Shown: positions 63,836 through 64,000 of the stretch, in pieces
Layout of the letters: every line of letters begins with the position of its first letter
Numbering within the stretch: the stretch's first letter is position 1
Notes under the pieces: model-generated
What the model was told of the DNA's origin: nothing
Seen by the model: the letters and a program-made list of their open reading frames with translations, nothing else
Database searches by the model: none
Translations under genes and position numbers: made by a program
Source: Dimorphilus gyrociliatus
Taxonomy: Eukaryota; Animalia; Annelida
NCBI GenBank assembly: GCA_904063045.1
Contig: CAJFCJ010000005.1
Location: forward strand, 1,193,988-1,257,987
DNA: 64,000 nucleotides
Reading direction: 5' to 3'

Positions 63836-64000
63836 CTGGTTAATATGCAGAAAATTGTAATGATTTATCACTTAAATCGTAATTTTCCGATAAAATTTAC
63901 GGAATTAAATAAAATATGTATTTTGCTGGCAAAACAGAATTTACTTACATTTCCCTAAAGTAAACAATAAGCTTTTTACACTGGTATATTTTATTATTAA

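Overview
This is eukaryotic, AT-rich, very gene-dense animal DNA with mostly 40-70 nt GT-AG introns. The LRMamide myomodulin precursor and the compact architecture suggest an annelid with a miniaturised genome such as Dimorphilus; that assignment is inference. I can support about 25 protein-coding genes. They include REP/CHM (partial), a degenerate EEP-fold protein, PGPEP1, PTS, a scramblase, N-WASP, AP2M1, a VEGFR/PVR-like kinase, two tandem TNF ligands, two convergent orphan genes in a CpG-rich gene-poor island, a calponin-like protein, an importin-alpha-derived fusion protein and a beta-trefoil protein. The rest are RBM24/38, CCDC102, a mei-P26-type TRIM-NHL, GatC, DPH3, an inverted formin, an AT-hook protein, a 59-aa membrane micropeptide, an MFS-like protein and myomodulin (partial). 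Exon structures were reconstructed by hand from splice signals and reading-frame continuity. I saw no rRNA, tRNA, CRISPR array or intact transposon. The best candidate for something undescribed is a 620-aa protein at 32796-34957 (-). In it an importin-alpha ARM array has lost its IBB domain and instead carries an N-terminal Dpy-30-type dimerisation module and a C-terminal TIR/SEFIR-like domain. It sits head-to-head with a leaderless IL-1/FGF-like beta-trefoil gene. The second candidate is a pair of convergent orphan genes that share N-terminal motifs, KEN boxes and promoter layout. All family calls come from motif recognition by eye, not database searches.
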